DNA of 62,756 nt, counting the filler, from Chrysochromulina tobinii (Eukaryota): the NCBI GenBank assembly GCA_001275005.1. It is 4 parts of 4 records of this genome, joined end to end, with 100 filler letters (N's around TTAATTAATTAA, not from the genome) between each part and the next. Parts side by side here need not be neighbours in the genome. Positions count along the whole stretch, not along the records: positions 1 to 27,465 come from JWZX01001017.1; 3 more parts are not named here. The stretch is one strand, 5' to 3'. The first letter of the stretch is position 1; every line of letters starts with the position of its first letter. The position numbers and the translations under genes are program-made. Below the pieces are notes generated by a model. That model saw nothing but the letters and a program-made list of their open reading frames with translations. It had not been told where the DNA came from and searched no databases. Below, piece after piece: positions 1 to 9,546 of the stretch.

Positions 1-874
1 GCCGACTCAGAAGAGGCCGCCCCCAGCAAACCCGACCCTGCCTCCGCCCGCTCCCAGAGCGCCTCCCCGCGCCTGCTCAAAGGCGGTAGGCGAAATGAAG
101 GCGCGTGCGGCAGACGCGTAACGGCCGGTAAAAAGACACCGGGGGGAGCCGGGACATCTCGGGACGACACAGTACTGTACCGGTAAACGAGTGTAGAGAG
201 TCTGTTTTTCGCGGTCCCACCCCGCGCTGCGCTTGCGCTCACTCCTCCACCGGCTCGCGGTCCGGCTCCGCCGCTCCAGGTCAGGCACAAACAAGTACTG
301 TACTCAATCCCGAGACTCACCACTCGCACGTACGTGGTCTCCGTCGCGCGTCGGAAGCTGTGTGAAGCCTGATGATCCCCGTCGCTGGTATGTACGAATT
401 CGTCTTTCGAGGTTTTTCGTTTAGTAATCATTTACGACGACGGTATGTCACGCGAGAAATACGCCAAAGTTTGCCAAGTAATAATATCCAGGCGCCGGTC
501 ATTGCCCCCCGGCACTAACCCGGCACCGTGTTCCGCGGTCCGAGACCAGCGGTACCCGCTCGACTCTCTGGTTACTAGTCGAGTGCGCTTGCTGCAGGTG
601 TGCAGTGTGCCGGAACAGGCCTCATAGAGGTCTACAGTCCGCGCCGCACGGCAGCGGAGATGGCTGTCATTCTCATCCTTCCGTCCCTACGAAAGCCTTC
701 CATCCCTCCTGAGGATTATCCGTCCGTTGGTAGCTTCGCTAGCTACCTTCCCCACGCCAGCTGCCCTTCACCGCTGAGCACCATCCCATTGCCGTCGCCT
801 TTTGCCATCCTCCAACCGAACTCAGCAGCAACAGACGACGTGAGAGCCCTTTCACATTCGTCTGTCACTCCGCG

Positions 875-1016
875 CCGAGCTCACTCCGAGCTCACTCCAA
901 GCTCATACCGAGCTCACGCCGAGCTCTCTCCGAGCTCACTCTGAGCTCACTCCGAGGTCACTCTGAGCTCACTCCGAGGTCACTCTGAGCTCACTCCGAG
1001 CGCACTCCGAGCTCAT
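875..1016. repeat. 11-bp minisatellite (GAGCTCACTCC-like), about 12 degenerate copies
   Basis: Tandem gagctcactcc/gagctcactct/gaggtcactct units overlapping the stop of the minus-strand gene ending at 1013. Confidence 0.9.
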
Positions 1017-1776
1017 GCCGAACTCATGGCCTCGGCGCGCGGCAGCATGTGCTGGGTGGCCGCCTGCAGCGTGCGGCGCGCGCTCTGCAGCATGAAGTGG
1101 TGCGGTAGCTGGTTCAGCGGCGCGTTCTCCTTCGTGCCGCGTTCTAACGCTCCCGCCACGGTCCCCTTTCCTGGGGCGATGGCCTGCACGACGGCGCCGT
1201 TGTGAGCGCCGTAGTTCTCCGCTTGCTGCTGCTGCGCCGCTGCGAGGGTGTGCTTATTCTTATGGCCCTTACCGCGCCCGCCACGACGCGAGCGAGGCTT
1301 GACGACACCGTTGACGACACTTTCATTGCCAGCGACAGACTCAGCCTCCTCAGCGTCGTCCACCTCTGCGGGGGCCGAAGGGACGTATGCCGTGAGCGCG
1401 ACCGTTGGAGCGACCATTGGAGCGATCGTTGGTGCGACCGTTGGAGCTCCCGTTGGGGCGGAAGGCGCAGGCGGTGCGGACGCGGGCGGCGCGGGCGTGG
1501 AAGTGGGTTGCGGCAGCGTCGGAAGCGACCACGAGGACTTTATGGCCGGCTGCTGGAAGGGCATAGAAGGCGCAGCCTGCGCCATCGAGCGTGGCGCGAA
1601 GGCCACAAAGGCTGCAGGTAGCGCCATGGATAGGTTGCTGTGCATAGGTGCATGTTGGATGGGCCCTTGCCAACCAGGAAGGATCTCAAGTGAATCCGTC
1701 CCGTTGGCGCGCTGCCGCTTGTTATTGGAACCGGGCAGGTTGGGCAAGTGGAGGGCCGGCGGCGGCTCGATAAATA

Positions 1777-1810
<34 letters not shown>

Positions 1811-1829
1811 GTGCTGTTGGTGCTGTTGG

Positions 1830-1910
<81 letters not shown>

Positions 1911-3230
1911 CGGAGGCGCTCGAGTTGCGCCTCGGTGTCCTTGAGCCGACTGCGGGCGCGCTGGACGGATTGCTGCGCCGTGGCCACATGCTGCTCGAGT
2001 CCGTGCGCCTGCACTGCTGCCTGCACCGCCGCCTGCATGGCGCGCTCCCGCCTCAACGCCGCCTCAGCTGCCGCCACCTTGGCGGACGTTTGCTCAGAGG
2101 CGGCTGCCTTGATGGCGGCGGCCTCCGCGACGCCCGCTGGCTCGGCGAGTTGCGCATCAGCGACGGCCGCGTCGTACATCAGCGCGGCCGTCACTACAGC
2201 CTCTTGCGCGGCCGCCTCGACCGCCGCTGCCTCCTCTGCATCACTCGCTGCCGCCTCGGCCGCCGCTTTGGCTGCGAGGAGCAGCTGCACCTTGGCGTGA
2301 GCCTCCGCCTCGGACCTGATGAGGGACGCAATCAGACGTCATCAGATGAGCAATGAGACCCTATCAGATGTCATCAGAGGAGCCATGAGACGAAATCAGA
2401 CGTCGTCAGAGGAGCCTTGGCGCCTCGGACCTGGCGAGTTCAAAGACGCATCGCGCCTGCTCCGCCTCCGAAGCCCTGAGGATCGGGTCGTCGCCATCGG
2501 GTTCGGCGCTCGTTCCAATGCCGGAAACGGTGCGCGACCGACCACTCGTCGCTCGCTCTTGCATGACCGGCAGCGGCGGCGCGGCGCTCATCGCACGCTC
2601 TTGCATGCAGGGCGCTGCGAGTCCGCCTGTACTCGTCGCCCGATCCTGCCCGGCGATGGGTGGCGCAGTACTCGTCGCGCGGTCTTGTAGGGCAGGAGTG
2701 AGGTGTATGCTACTGGGAGAGGTGAGCATGGGATTGGATCCGTTGCAGGCAGCTGCGCCAGCATCGAAGGGTGTAGAGGCGGTACGCTGGACGGGGCTGG
2801 AAGCACTGGCTTTTGTAGTAGGATCGAGCGACTGTGAGCGACTGGCTTGCTGAGATGGAGGCAGATTCGAAAAGTGCGGCTGCGCGGGCGTGGGCGGGAG
2901 TGCCGGATGCGGAGATCGGAGTGCATCGGCTATCCTCATGAGCGGTGGTTTGGGCGGCTGAGCAGGCATCGGCCGCTGCGGCATGTTGGCTGGCCGGTCG
3001 CTCGGGGCAGGCGAATACGAATCGTATGAGTACTGTGATGAGGACCTTGCGGGTGAGTACTGCTGCGAAGAGGAGGACCTTGCGGAGGAGTACTGTGAGT
3101 AAAGCTCATCCTCGTCATATCGCTCGCCCTCCTCTTGGGGCGCGTCCCCATCATTGGCCACATCATTTGACGATGCTGGCGGGTCGTCGTAGTAGGAATA
3201 CGAGGATTCGGACCTCGTGTCCGCCATCAT
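1013..3230 (-). CDS. Low-complexity protein of unknown function (Ser/Tyr-rich N-terminus, Ala-rich coiled coil, polyQ, Pro-rich); two exons
   Basis: ORFs 2406-3230 and 1013-2290 join in frame by removing GT..AG intron 2316-2430 (115 nt, phase 2): ...ELAR|SEAEAHAKVQLL. The 3' end is uncertain because it runs into a minisatellite. Confidence 0.65.
1777..1909 (-). repeat. Coding CAG/CAC/CAA trinucleotide tract (about 44-codon polyQ with His interruptions)
   Basis: (ctg)n run on the + strand with three ttggtg interruptions. Confidence 0.95.
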
Positions 3231-3385
3231 GCTTCAAAGGGGGGAAGGAGAGGCGATGGCAGGATTCCAGTTGATATTCGGAATTCGTGAAATGCACGTA
3301 ACCGAGGAACGTCGCGGGAACTTCTCGGATCGGAGGTCCCGGAGGAAACACTGCGGAAACTGACGAACCGCCGCGACGGAGCCTC

Positions 3386-5052
3386 ATGCTCGCCGTGCAA
3401 TTGACCGTGGCCGTGCTCTCCGCCGACATCTGGGACCCACTTCGCCGCGGAGCGGAAGCCTGGGCGTCGCTTCAGTTCGACACTCAATTCGCCATCAACG
3501 TGGGCGATGAGAACGGTCGCCTCTTCTCGTGGGAGACTCCCGGCTTCTCGATGGACACTACTCACATGAAGGGCGCGTCACTCTCCAAGTGGCCATCCGC
3601 CATCATGATCTCGGGCCTGGTGGCCAACGGCACGCTGCACTACGACGACCTCGCCTCCAAGTACCTCCCCTGGTGGAGCAAAAATCCCAAGGACCCGCGC
3701 TCACGCGTCACTCTCCGCCACCTGCTGAGTTTCCGCTCCGGCTACATGTCGGAGGGCACCGCAGGCGCCGAGTGCATGACCGATCCGAATGCCGACTTCC
3801 TGCACTGCGCCGAGAAGCTCTACCAGAACGTGCCCAACGAGTGCGAGCCGGGCCAGTGCTGGGCCTACCTGTCGTGCCACCTGCAATTCGCAGGCGCGAT
3901 GGCAGTGGCCGCGTCGGGTCAGCACATCCAGGAGCTCTACGACAAGTACCTGTACAAGGCTTTCAACATGACGAGCACGACGTGGACGCCGTACAACAAT
4001 CCTCAGATCGCGACCGGCATCACCACCACCGCGAACGACTTTGAGAACATGCTGCACCGCATGCTGACGTACAGGGTCTTGCCAATGGCAATCTATGCTC
4101 AGATGGAGACTGATTACTCGCAGCCGCCCGTCACGCCGTCGGGCGACGGGTGGTTCGGGCACTACGCGATGGGGCACTGGTGGGAGTGCCTCGGCTACGG
4201 CACACCCCATCTTTACGAGCGCTTTGCGCTGCCTGCGGAGTGCATGGACGCGCACATCCAAGCGGGCCCTGGTAAGCTCTCGGTCCTTCTCTCGGTCCAA
4301 CGAGTGCAAACGTGGCGCGAACCCGAACCCTAACCATACCCTAACCCTAACCTTGACCCAGGCATGTTTGGCTATTACCCGCTTCTGGACCGAAGCGGCG
4401 GCGGCGGCTCGGCAGGACCCGTGCGGCGCCCCTACTACTTCCAGGTGGCGCTCCAAGAGTCCCAAAGGCTTAGCGGCATCCCCGAGTACCTCCGCATCCT
4501 CGCCAAGCCGATTGCCGTACGCCGCGCGCCAGCCCGCACGTTCACGGCCGAGCCCATATCATTCCCCCCACTCGGCCCTCTTCACGGGCCCGGGGCTACA
4601 TGGCCCTGCGCCGCACGCAAATCCGACAAGCCCGCCGCTGCGGCCGCGTCTCCCAGCCCTGGTCGCGTCCCCGCCCTCAATTCTCCCCTCTCATCTCCGG
4701 TAATCTCCGGGCGCAGGACGCCATCCTTGCCGGCGGGAACCCGGACATTCTTCCTCGCGATGAGCTGATCGCCAGGGGGGCGGGGCTTCTTCAGCGCGAC
4801 CTGAACGACATCGCGTCGGCCCTGGGCACGTGCACATGTGCCAAGGAGCCGCACAAAAAAGGCCTTCCCTACAAGGCGCTCACCGATTATCCCCCGGGGC
4901 TGCCCGCCGATGACAGTGAGTTGACACGTTTCGCGCTTGCCAGGCTCGGGCAGGGCATCATCATGCGCGACCTCGTGGCGGTGGCGGATCAGATGGGCGA
5001 GTGCACGTGCGAGGGGCGCCCCAACGGGATGAACGCGACCGTCGAGGCGTGA
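3386..5052 (+). CDS. Beta-lactamase-related serine hydrolase, probably secreted; three exons
   Basis: SxxK motif (ASLSKW), VTLRHLLSFRSG and PGQCWAYLS match class C/beta-lactamase-fold hydrolases; hydrophobic N-terminus. In-frame exons 3386-4271, 4362-4516, 4717-5052 (GT-AG introns 4272-4361 and 4517-4716). Confidence 0.8.
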
Positions 5053-5449
5053 GTGCGAACTTTGAAACTAAACTAGCTCGTGGCGCAAAGGCATACCATG
5101 CATGTCCATTTACGGAGCAGAAGGCACGTGATAGCAACAAGAACAGATCGTTGGCCGTGGGACCGCGGGACAAAACACCTGGGCCGGCATACTTAGCGCG
5201 GCATAGCCGGTGTGCACTGCAGCCTCGGTGCAGCCGCGAGCCCGCGCCCCGGTCGGGGCGCGCGCGGGGGTAGCGCGGGGGGGGGTGACCCCAAATTTGT
5301 GAATATGCACACGTCGTAAAACGGCCCACTGACTGGGTGACTTTTTTCATGCTTCGTGTATTAACGAGCCGAGCGCTCCCGGTGACGAGGTGCGGTCCCC
5401 CCAGACCGCCCGACTCGCGTCTCCCTGGGATGCGCTCGGCTCACACATC

Positions 5450-6316
5450 CTACACTTGATGAAGGCCCATCCATCCCCTTACCGGCACGCCGACCACCGT
5501 GCCCGTGGCCGTCGGCATCGCCGCCTGCGCAGCAGGCGGGTCGGGAACCGGCATCCCGAGGAGCCGCGCCTTTGCCGCGTCGAACTCCTGGGTGCTGATA
5601 TGCCCCGCAGCGTGCAGCATCGCCAGCTGGTTGAGCTCGTGCGCTACCGTCAGTTGACCGCTCATCCTACCGTGGATAGGGTTCTCGGTGAGGGCGACGC
5701 CCGCTATGAGACCGGGCACCGACACGGCGGACGCAACTGGCCGACCTTGCACGATCGGTGCTGGGGGCCGCTGCTCCTGTCTTTCTGGAAATTCCCACGT
5801 GTGCCTGCGAAGGGAGCCCAAGTTTTGCGCTGCCAGACGGCGGTCCCATGCCATCTGGCGTCGGGTTCGCACACGGAACGCCAAAATGATGAAGATGAGG
5901 AGGCACGGCAACGGTCCGAAGAATATCCAGTACGGAGAGAAGAAGGAAGGCTGCGTGTTTGTCGTCGAGCCACCCTCCCACTCCACCGGAAAGGCGCACG
6001 CCTCAAAGCCATTTGAACTGACGGTCATGTCCGTGACCCAGCGCATCTCTTCGTAGGCAAGCATAGATACTCCATCGGGACCACGAGGGTACTGTTCGCT
6101 TCGATACGCGACGTTGCGTATGAAAAGGTAGTCAAAGCGCGCCTCCACAAAGTAGGTTGCCATCGAGATGGTGAGCGGCTGTAGTGCTATGACCGTACAG
6201 CCGTCAAGATTTCTATACGGGCCTGGGCCATCGGTGACGCATCTGCCGTCACGGCTCAACTCACACCCTCGGCCCGTCACGATCTGCCAGACAGCGGACG
6301 CCGTGGTGTTGGCCAT
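5450..6316 (-). CDS. Single-pass membrane protein: CUB-like N-terminal domain, TM helix, C-terminal SHOCT-like motif
   Basis: CVTDGPGPYRNLDGC...VEARFDYLFI...WVTD..VSSNGF is CUB-like; WIFFGPLPCLLIFIILAF is a TM; ELNQLAMLHAAGHISTQEFDAAKARLL fits SHOCT. ATG taken at 6316. Confidence 0.7.
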   Translation of the reverse strand: MANTTASAVWQIVTGRGCELSRDGRCVTDGPGPYRNLDGCTVIALQPLTISMATYFVEARFDYLFIRNVAYRSEQYPRGPDGVSMLAYEEMRWVTDMTVSSNGFEACAFPVEWEGGSTTNTQPSFFSPYWIFFGPLPCLLIFIILAFRVRTRRQMAWDRRLAAQNLGSLRRHTWEFPERQEQRPPAPIVQGRPVASAVSVPGLIAGVALTENPIHGRMSGQLTVAHELNQLAMLHAAGHISTQEFDAAKARLLGMPVPDPPAAQAAMPTATGTVVGVPVRGWMGLHQV

Positions 6317-6628
6317 TTTCGTATGAGGAGGGTCTCGACGTCCTGCTGGTCGTCCCGCGCGTGGTGACGAAAATGCAAAAACCATTTCTCGGAAAGTTCT
6401 CTGAAGGACGGTTGTGCGTTTCGTACCGGGTAGCATGTCACGTTTCGACTAATTTAGCTCGCTTGCTTGCTTACGTACCCCACACGCCACATAGCCACAT
6501 ACTCGACTTCAACTCGACTCGACGCCGCTCAGGGACAGCGCATTCAGACGAATCAGACCTCTCTTGCACTGGAAGACGACTCCCCTCCTCGACACCCCTA
6601 AATTCTCCCGAGGCTGTATTGTTCCTGT

Positions 6629-8191
6629 TTATGACTCTTGAGGTCTTGAGGATAGCGTACCGTTGCCTTCGAACCAGCGTTTCATATCGAGCTTGAGGTA
6701 CGCATTGCACGCCGCCGGCCTCCAGTTGCCAGGCTCGGTGCCCGTGCCGGCGCCGTCCTCCCATGCGGCGTAAGCGATGAGGTTGGTCGGGTCGGTGGCG
6801 ACCGAGAGCACATTGCAGCCGCCCTTGAACGGCGGCGTGCATGCCGCATAGTCGGGGCCCTTCTGACCGATCAGCGCAGTGAGCCGAACCGCATCGAGCG
6901 CGCTGATCGGCTGGGCGCTGCTGCGGATGGTGTCCGCAATCAGGTGGTACCGGTGATCCGAATCATTGTATGCGCCGGTGGTGTTCCACATGAAGTGGCT
7001 GACGATGCGCGTGTCGAAGCCGTGGTTGGTCCGGAAGACGGCGTCTTCCATCGGAGCACCATGAATGATCCGCCCGCCCGGGCCAGGGAAGGCAGCGGCC
7101 GCCTCGCGCGGGTCATTGGCGCTGAAGTAGGCGCTCGTCTGTGAGTTCGTCTCGATGACGAGTGCGGACTGGTCCGCGGCCGAGGCGATCATGTGGTTGA
7201 AGCCAACGGTGTTGTTTGTCTCCGCCCAGACGCTGCGCGCCTCGGCGAGGTTGGAGGCGCGCTCCATGACGTGGCGCAGCCTGAGCAGCCACGGAAAGCC
7301 GCGAAACGAATCGAGATTCGATTCGAGATTCGCTTCGTGGACCGTGAGGCCCTCAGCCGACATGCCCGCAAGCGCACCGATCAGCCCCCCGAAGCCAACC
7401 GTCATGTGCGCGTGCCCGTCAGGCGGATGGTAGACGGTCACGATCTTCCACTTGTCGAGCCCTGTGTTTTCGTTCCAGTCGAGATTGCGACCTGAAAAGA
7501 TCTGGCCGGCTACCGCGGTGCGCTTGCCCCACACGCCAAACATGGAGCACTGCGCGAGGGGCCAGCGCAGTCTGCCCAGCCAACCGCGCAGGCTCGGAGC
7601 GCCGTCGCCGCGACCGTTGCTCCGCAGTGCCTGAGCTGAACGGAGTAGGGCCTCCGCTTCACTGGCCACCGCCTTGGGCAGCTCGTCAAGGAGGACGTAG
7701 ACAACGTCCGCCACGTCGCCCGGCGCGTTCGCGAGCACCTGCGTACGTCCAACCAGATGCTGGCAAAATTGCCCGTCGAGCGGTCGCGCCGACATACAGC
7801 CGTCGGCAAAGCCGTTCAGCTCCTCGACCATGTTGGATGGCACCGCCTTTGACAGCGTGGACGACCACTGCCAGTCAATGACCACCTCGAGCGCGGCCTT
7901 TTCGAGCTTCCCCGCGAGGGTGGAGGTATCGAGGAGGGCATCCAGCAGGCTGTCGTAGTTCTCGCGCGCGGCGTCCCCACCAAGCTTTCCCGAGGCGAAG
8001 CCCTGCTCGTACCGTGTGCCGTGCAGATCCAGAAGCTGCGGGGCGCCGCTGGTGTACTCGGTGTTGGCGGTCACGATGTTGTACAGTGTGCTCTGCTTGT
8101 AAGTGCCCACGATGTCGAAGCGAACAGGTTCGACGATGTAGCCTGGCACTGAGCTGAGAATCGCGGCGGGGCCGATGATGAGGGCAAGCAT
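6629..8191 (-). CDS. Peptidase C45 / acid-ceramidase-like Ntn hydrolase with signal peptide
   Basis: LHGTRYEQGFASG, nucleophile segment QCSMFGVWG, GRNLDW, AGMSAEGLTVHE, RTNH. Probable start MLALIIGPAAILSS at 8191. Confidence 0.8.
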   Translation of the reverse strand: MLALIIGPAAILSSVPGYIVEPVRFDIVGTYKQSTLYNIVTANTEYTSGAPQLLDLHGTRYEQGFASGKLGGDAARENYDSLLDALLDTSTLAGKLEKAALEVVIDWQWSSTLSKAVPSNMVEELNGFADGCMSARPLDGQFCQHLVGRTQVLANAPGDVADVVYVLLDELPKAVASEAEALLRSAQALRSNGRGDGAPSLRGWLGRLRWPLAQCSMFGVWGKRTAVAGQIFSGRNLDWNENTGLDKWKIVTVYHPPDGHAHMTVGFGGLIGALAGMSAEGLTVHEANLESNLDSFRGFPWLLRLRHVMERASNLAEARSVWAETNNTVGFNHMIASAADQSALVIETNSQTSAYFSANDPREAAAAFPGPGGRIIHGAPMEDAVFRTNHGFDTRIVSHFMWNTTGAYNDSDHRYHLIADTIRSSAQPISALDAVRLTALIGQKGPDYAACTPPFKGGCNVLSVATDPTNLIAYAAWEDGAGTGTEPGNWRPAACNAYLKLDMKRWFEGNGTLSSRPQES

Positions 8192-8208
8192 TTCGGCGAG
8201 GCCGCGTA

Positions 8209-8277
8209 CCGGTAAAAAGACGCCACCGGGGCCCGCGCGCGGGGGTCCGGTAAAAAGACACCGGGGGAGTCCGGTAC
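8209..8277. promoter_or_regulatory. Duplicated CCGGTAAAAAGAC(ACCGGGG) motif in a short divergent intergenic region
   Basis: Copies at 8209 and 8247; a third copy at 125-146. Function is inferred from position only. Confidence 0.35.
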
Positions 8278-8370
8278 TGCACTTCCTTTCCGGCTCCCCC
8301 CGGTGTTGTTGGACGGCGCCCGACTTTTGCATCAGAAATCACGGAGCATTCACACATCGAGAACTTCCTC

Positions 8371-9123
8371 ATGCACGAGGCGATGGACGACGAGATTTCC
8401 ATGCCTCTTGATGTCCTCTTCGCCGACGCACCAACCTCGTCCTGGTCGGCCTTTCGACTAAGCGACGCAGTCACCGTTGACCTTCCCGTCACTATGGCAG
8501 TCTGGGGCTCGGCGCTCTACCTATCGCAATGGCTTGTTGCACACCCAGGAATTGTGCACGCTCGGTCCGTGATTGAATTGGGAGCCGGCATCGGCCTGCC
8601 GTCGCTCGCGAGCGCAAAACTCGGTGCTCGATCTATCGTCTGCACCGAGTTTTGCGACAAAGCGTTGGCTCTCATTGACGATGCTGCAGCGCGCAATCAA
8701 GTGGCCGACAGGCTGCGAGCCTCAAGGCTTGACTGGTTTGACGTGCTCCGCACTCGGTCGGGGGCGCCGACGGCGGAGGTGGTGCTGGCTGCCGATATCA
8801 ATTACTACACTGAGGCGGTGCAGCCACTTTTGGCCACGATCCGTGCAACGCTGGCGCCAGGCGGTATCCTTGTCCTCGCGTCTCGAGAGCAGAGACACGG
8901 GCTGCTCGAGTGCTTCAACGCTCTGCTCGCGATGCCCGACATGACGCTCACGCAGGCCGTGAGCTTCGACGGTAACGGTGACGGTGCGTGGGTACATCTC
9001 GACCACGCGGATCTGTGCACGAGCACACCCAGTTCACAGGACGCCACTGCCGACGCGCCAATTGTCGTCGCCGAGCATCGGCTTTGGGTCTTCCGCCGAT
9101 CGGCCGATGTAGCAGTGGTGTAG
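8371..9123 (+). CDS. Methyltransferase_16 family (METTL21/EEF-lysine methyltransferase-like) SAM-dependent methyltransferase
   Basis: VWGSALYLSQWL, VIELGAGIGLPSL (motif I), LDW, VVLAADINY, LAPGG. Confidence 0.9.
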   Translation: MHEAMDDEISMPLDVLFADAPTSSWSAFRLSDAVTVDLPVTMAVWGSALYLSQWLVAHPGIVHARSVIELGAGIGLPSLASAKLGARSIVCTEFCDKALALIDDAAARNQVADRLRASRLDWFDVLRTRSGAPTAEVVLAADINYYTEAVQPLLATIRATLAPGGILVLASREQRHGLLECFNALLAMPDMTLTQAVSFDGNGDGAWVHLDHADLCTSTPSSQDATADAPIVVAEHRLWVFRRSADVAVV

Positions 9124-9546
9124 CGGTATTGGACGATTGCCCGTAACGGCGGCGCGCATTATGTATATCACGCTATCTGCCCGAACGATGCGTGGGAAGT
9201 CCTCGAGCTTGACGAACGCGGCTGCAACCTTTTGTCGAAAGCGCGTTAGTTTGTCCGCTTGTCCGCACTGCGCACAGGTTACGCACCCAGGCTCGAGGCT
9301 CGGACCACACCGGTCAGGCACAGCCGCACACACCAACCCCACCCACAAGTGCCCAGACCGATACACGAGACCCAGACCGACCGAATGGGCGAGCGATCAT
9401 ACGATCTGAGCGCGCGCCGCGACCACGACAGGTCACGATAGGCGATTTCCCTTCCTTAGCTTTCACACAGAAGGTCTTCACACACGGACCCACACACGTA
9501 CGGGTATGCGGACCGGCCTCCGGCGTACGCTCACCGCGTGGATGAC

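Noticed and set aside
1248..2300. Poly-Cys (and overlapping poly-Leu/poly-Ser) ORFs
   Set aside because: These are antisense or alternative-frame readings of the polyQ tract.
4320..4355. True telomere or chromosome end
   Set aside because: Only a few degenerate units, internal to an intron with coding exons on both sides.
3386..5052. Antibiotic-resistance beta-lactamase or bacterial contamination
   Set aside because: The gene has spliceosomal introns, and the fold includes many esterases and peptidases.
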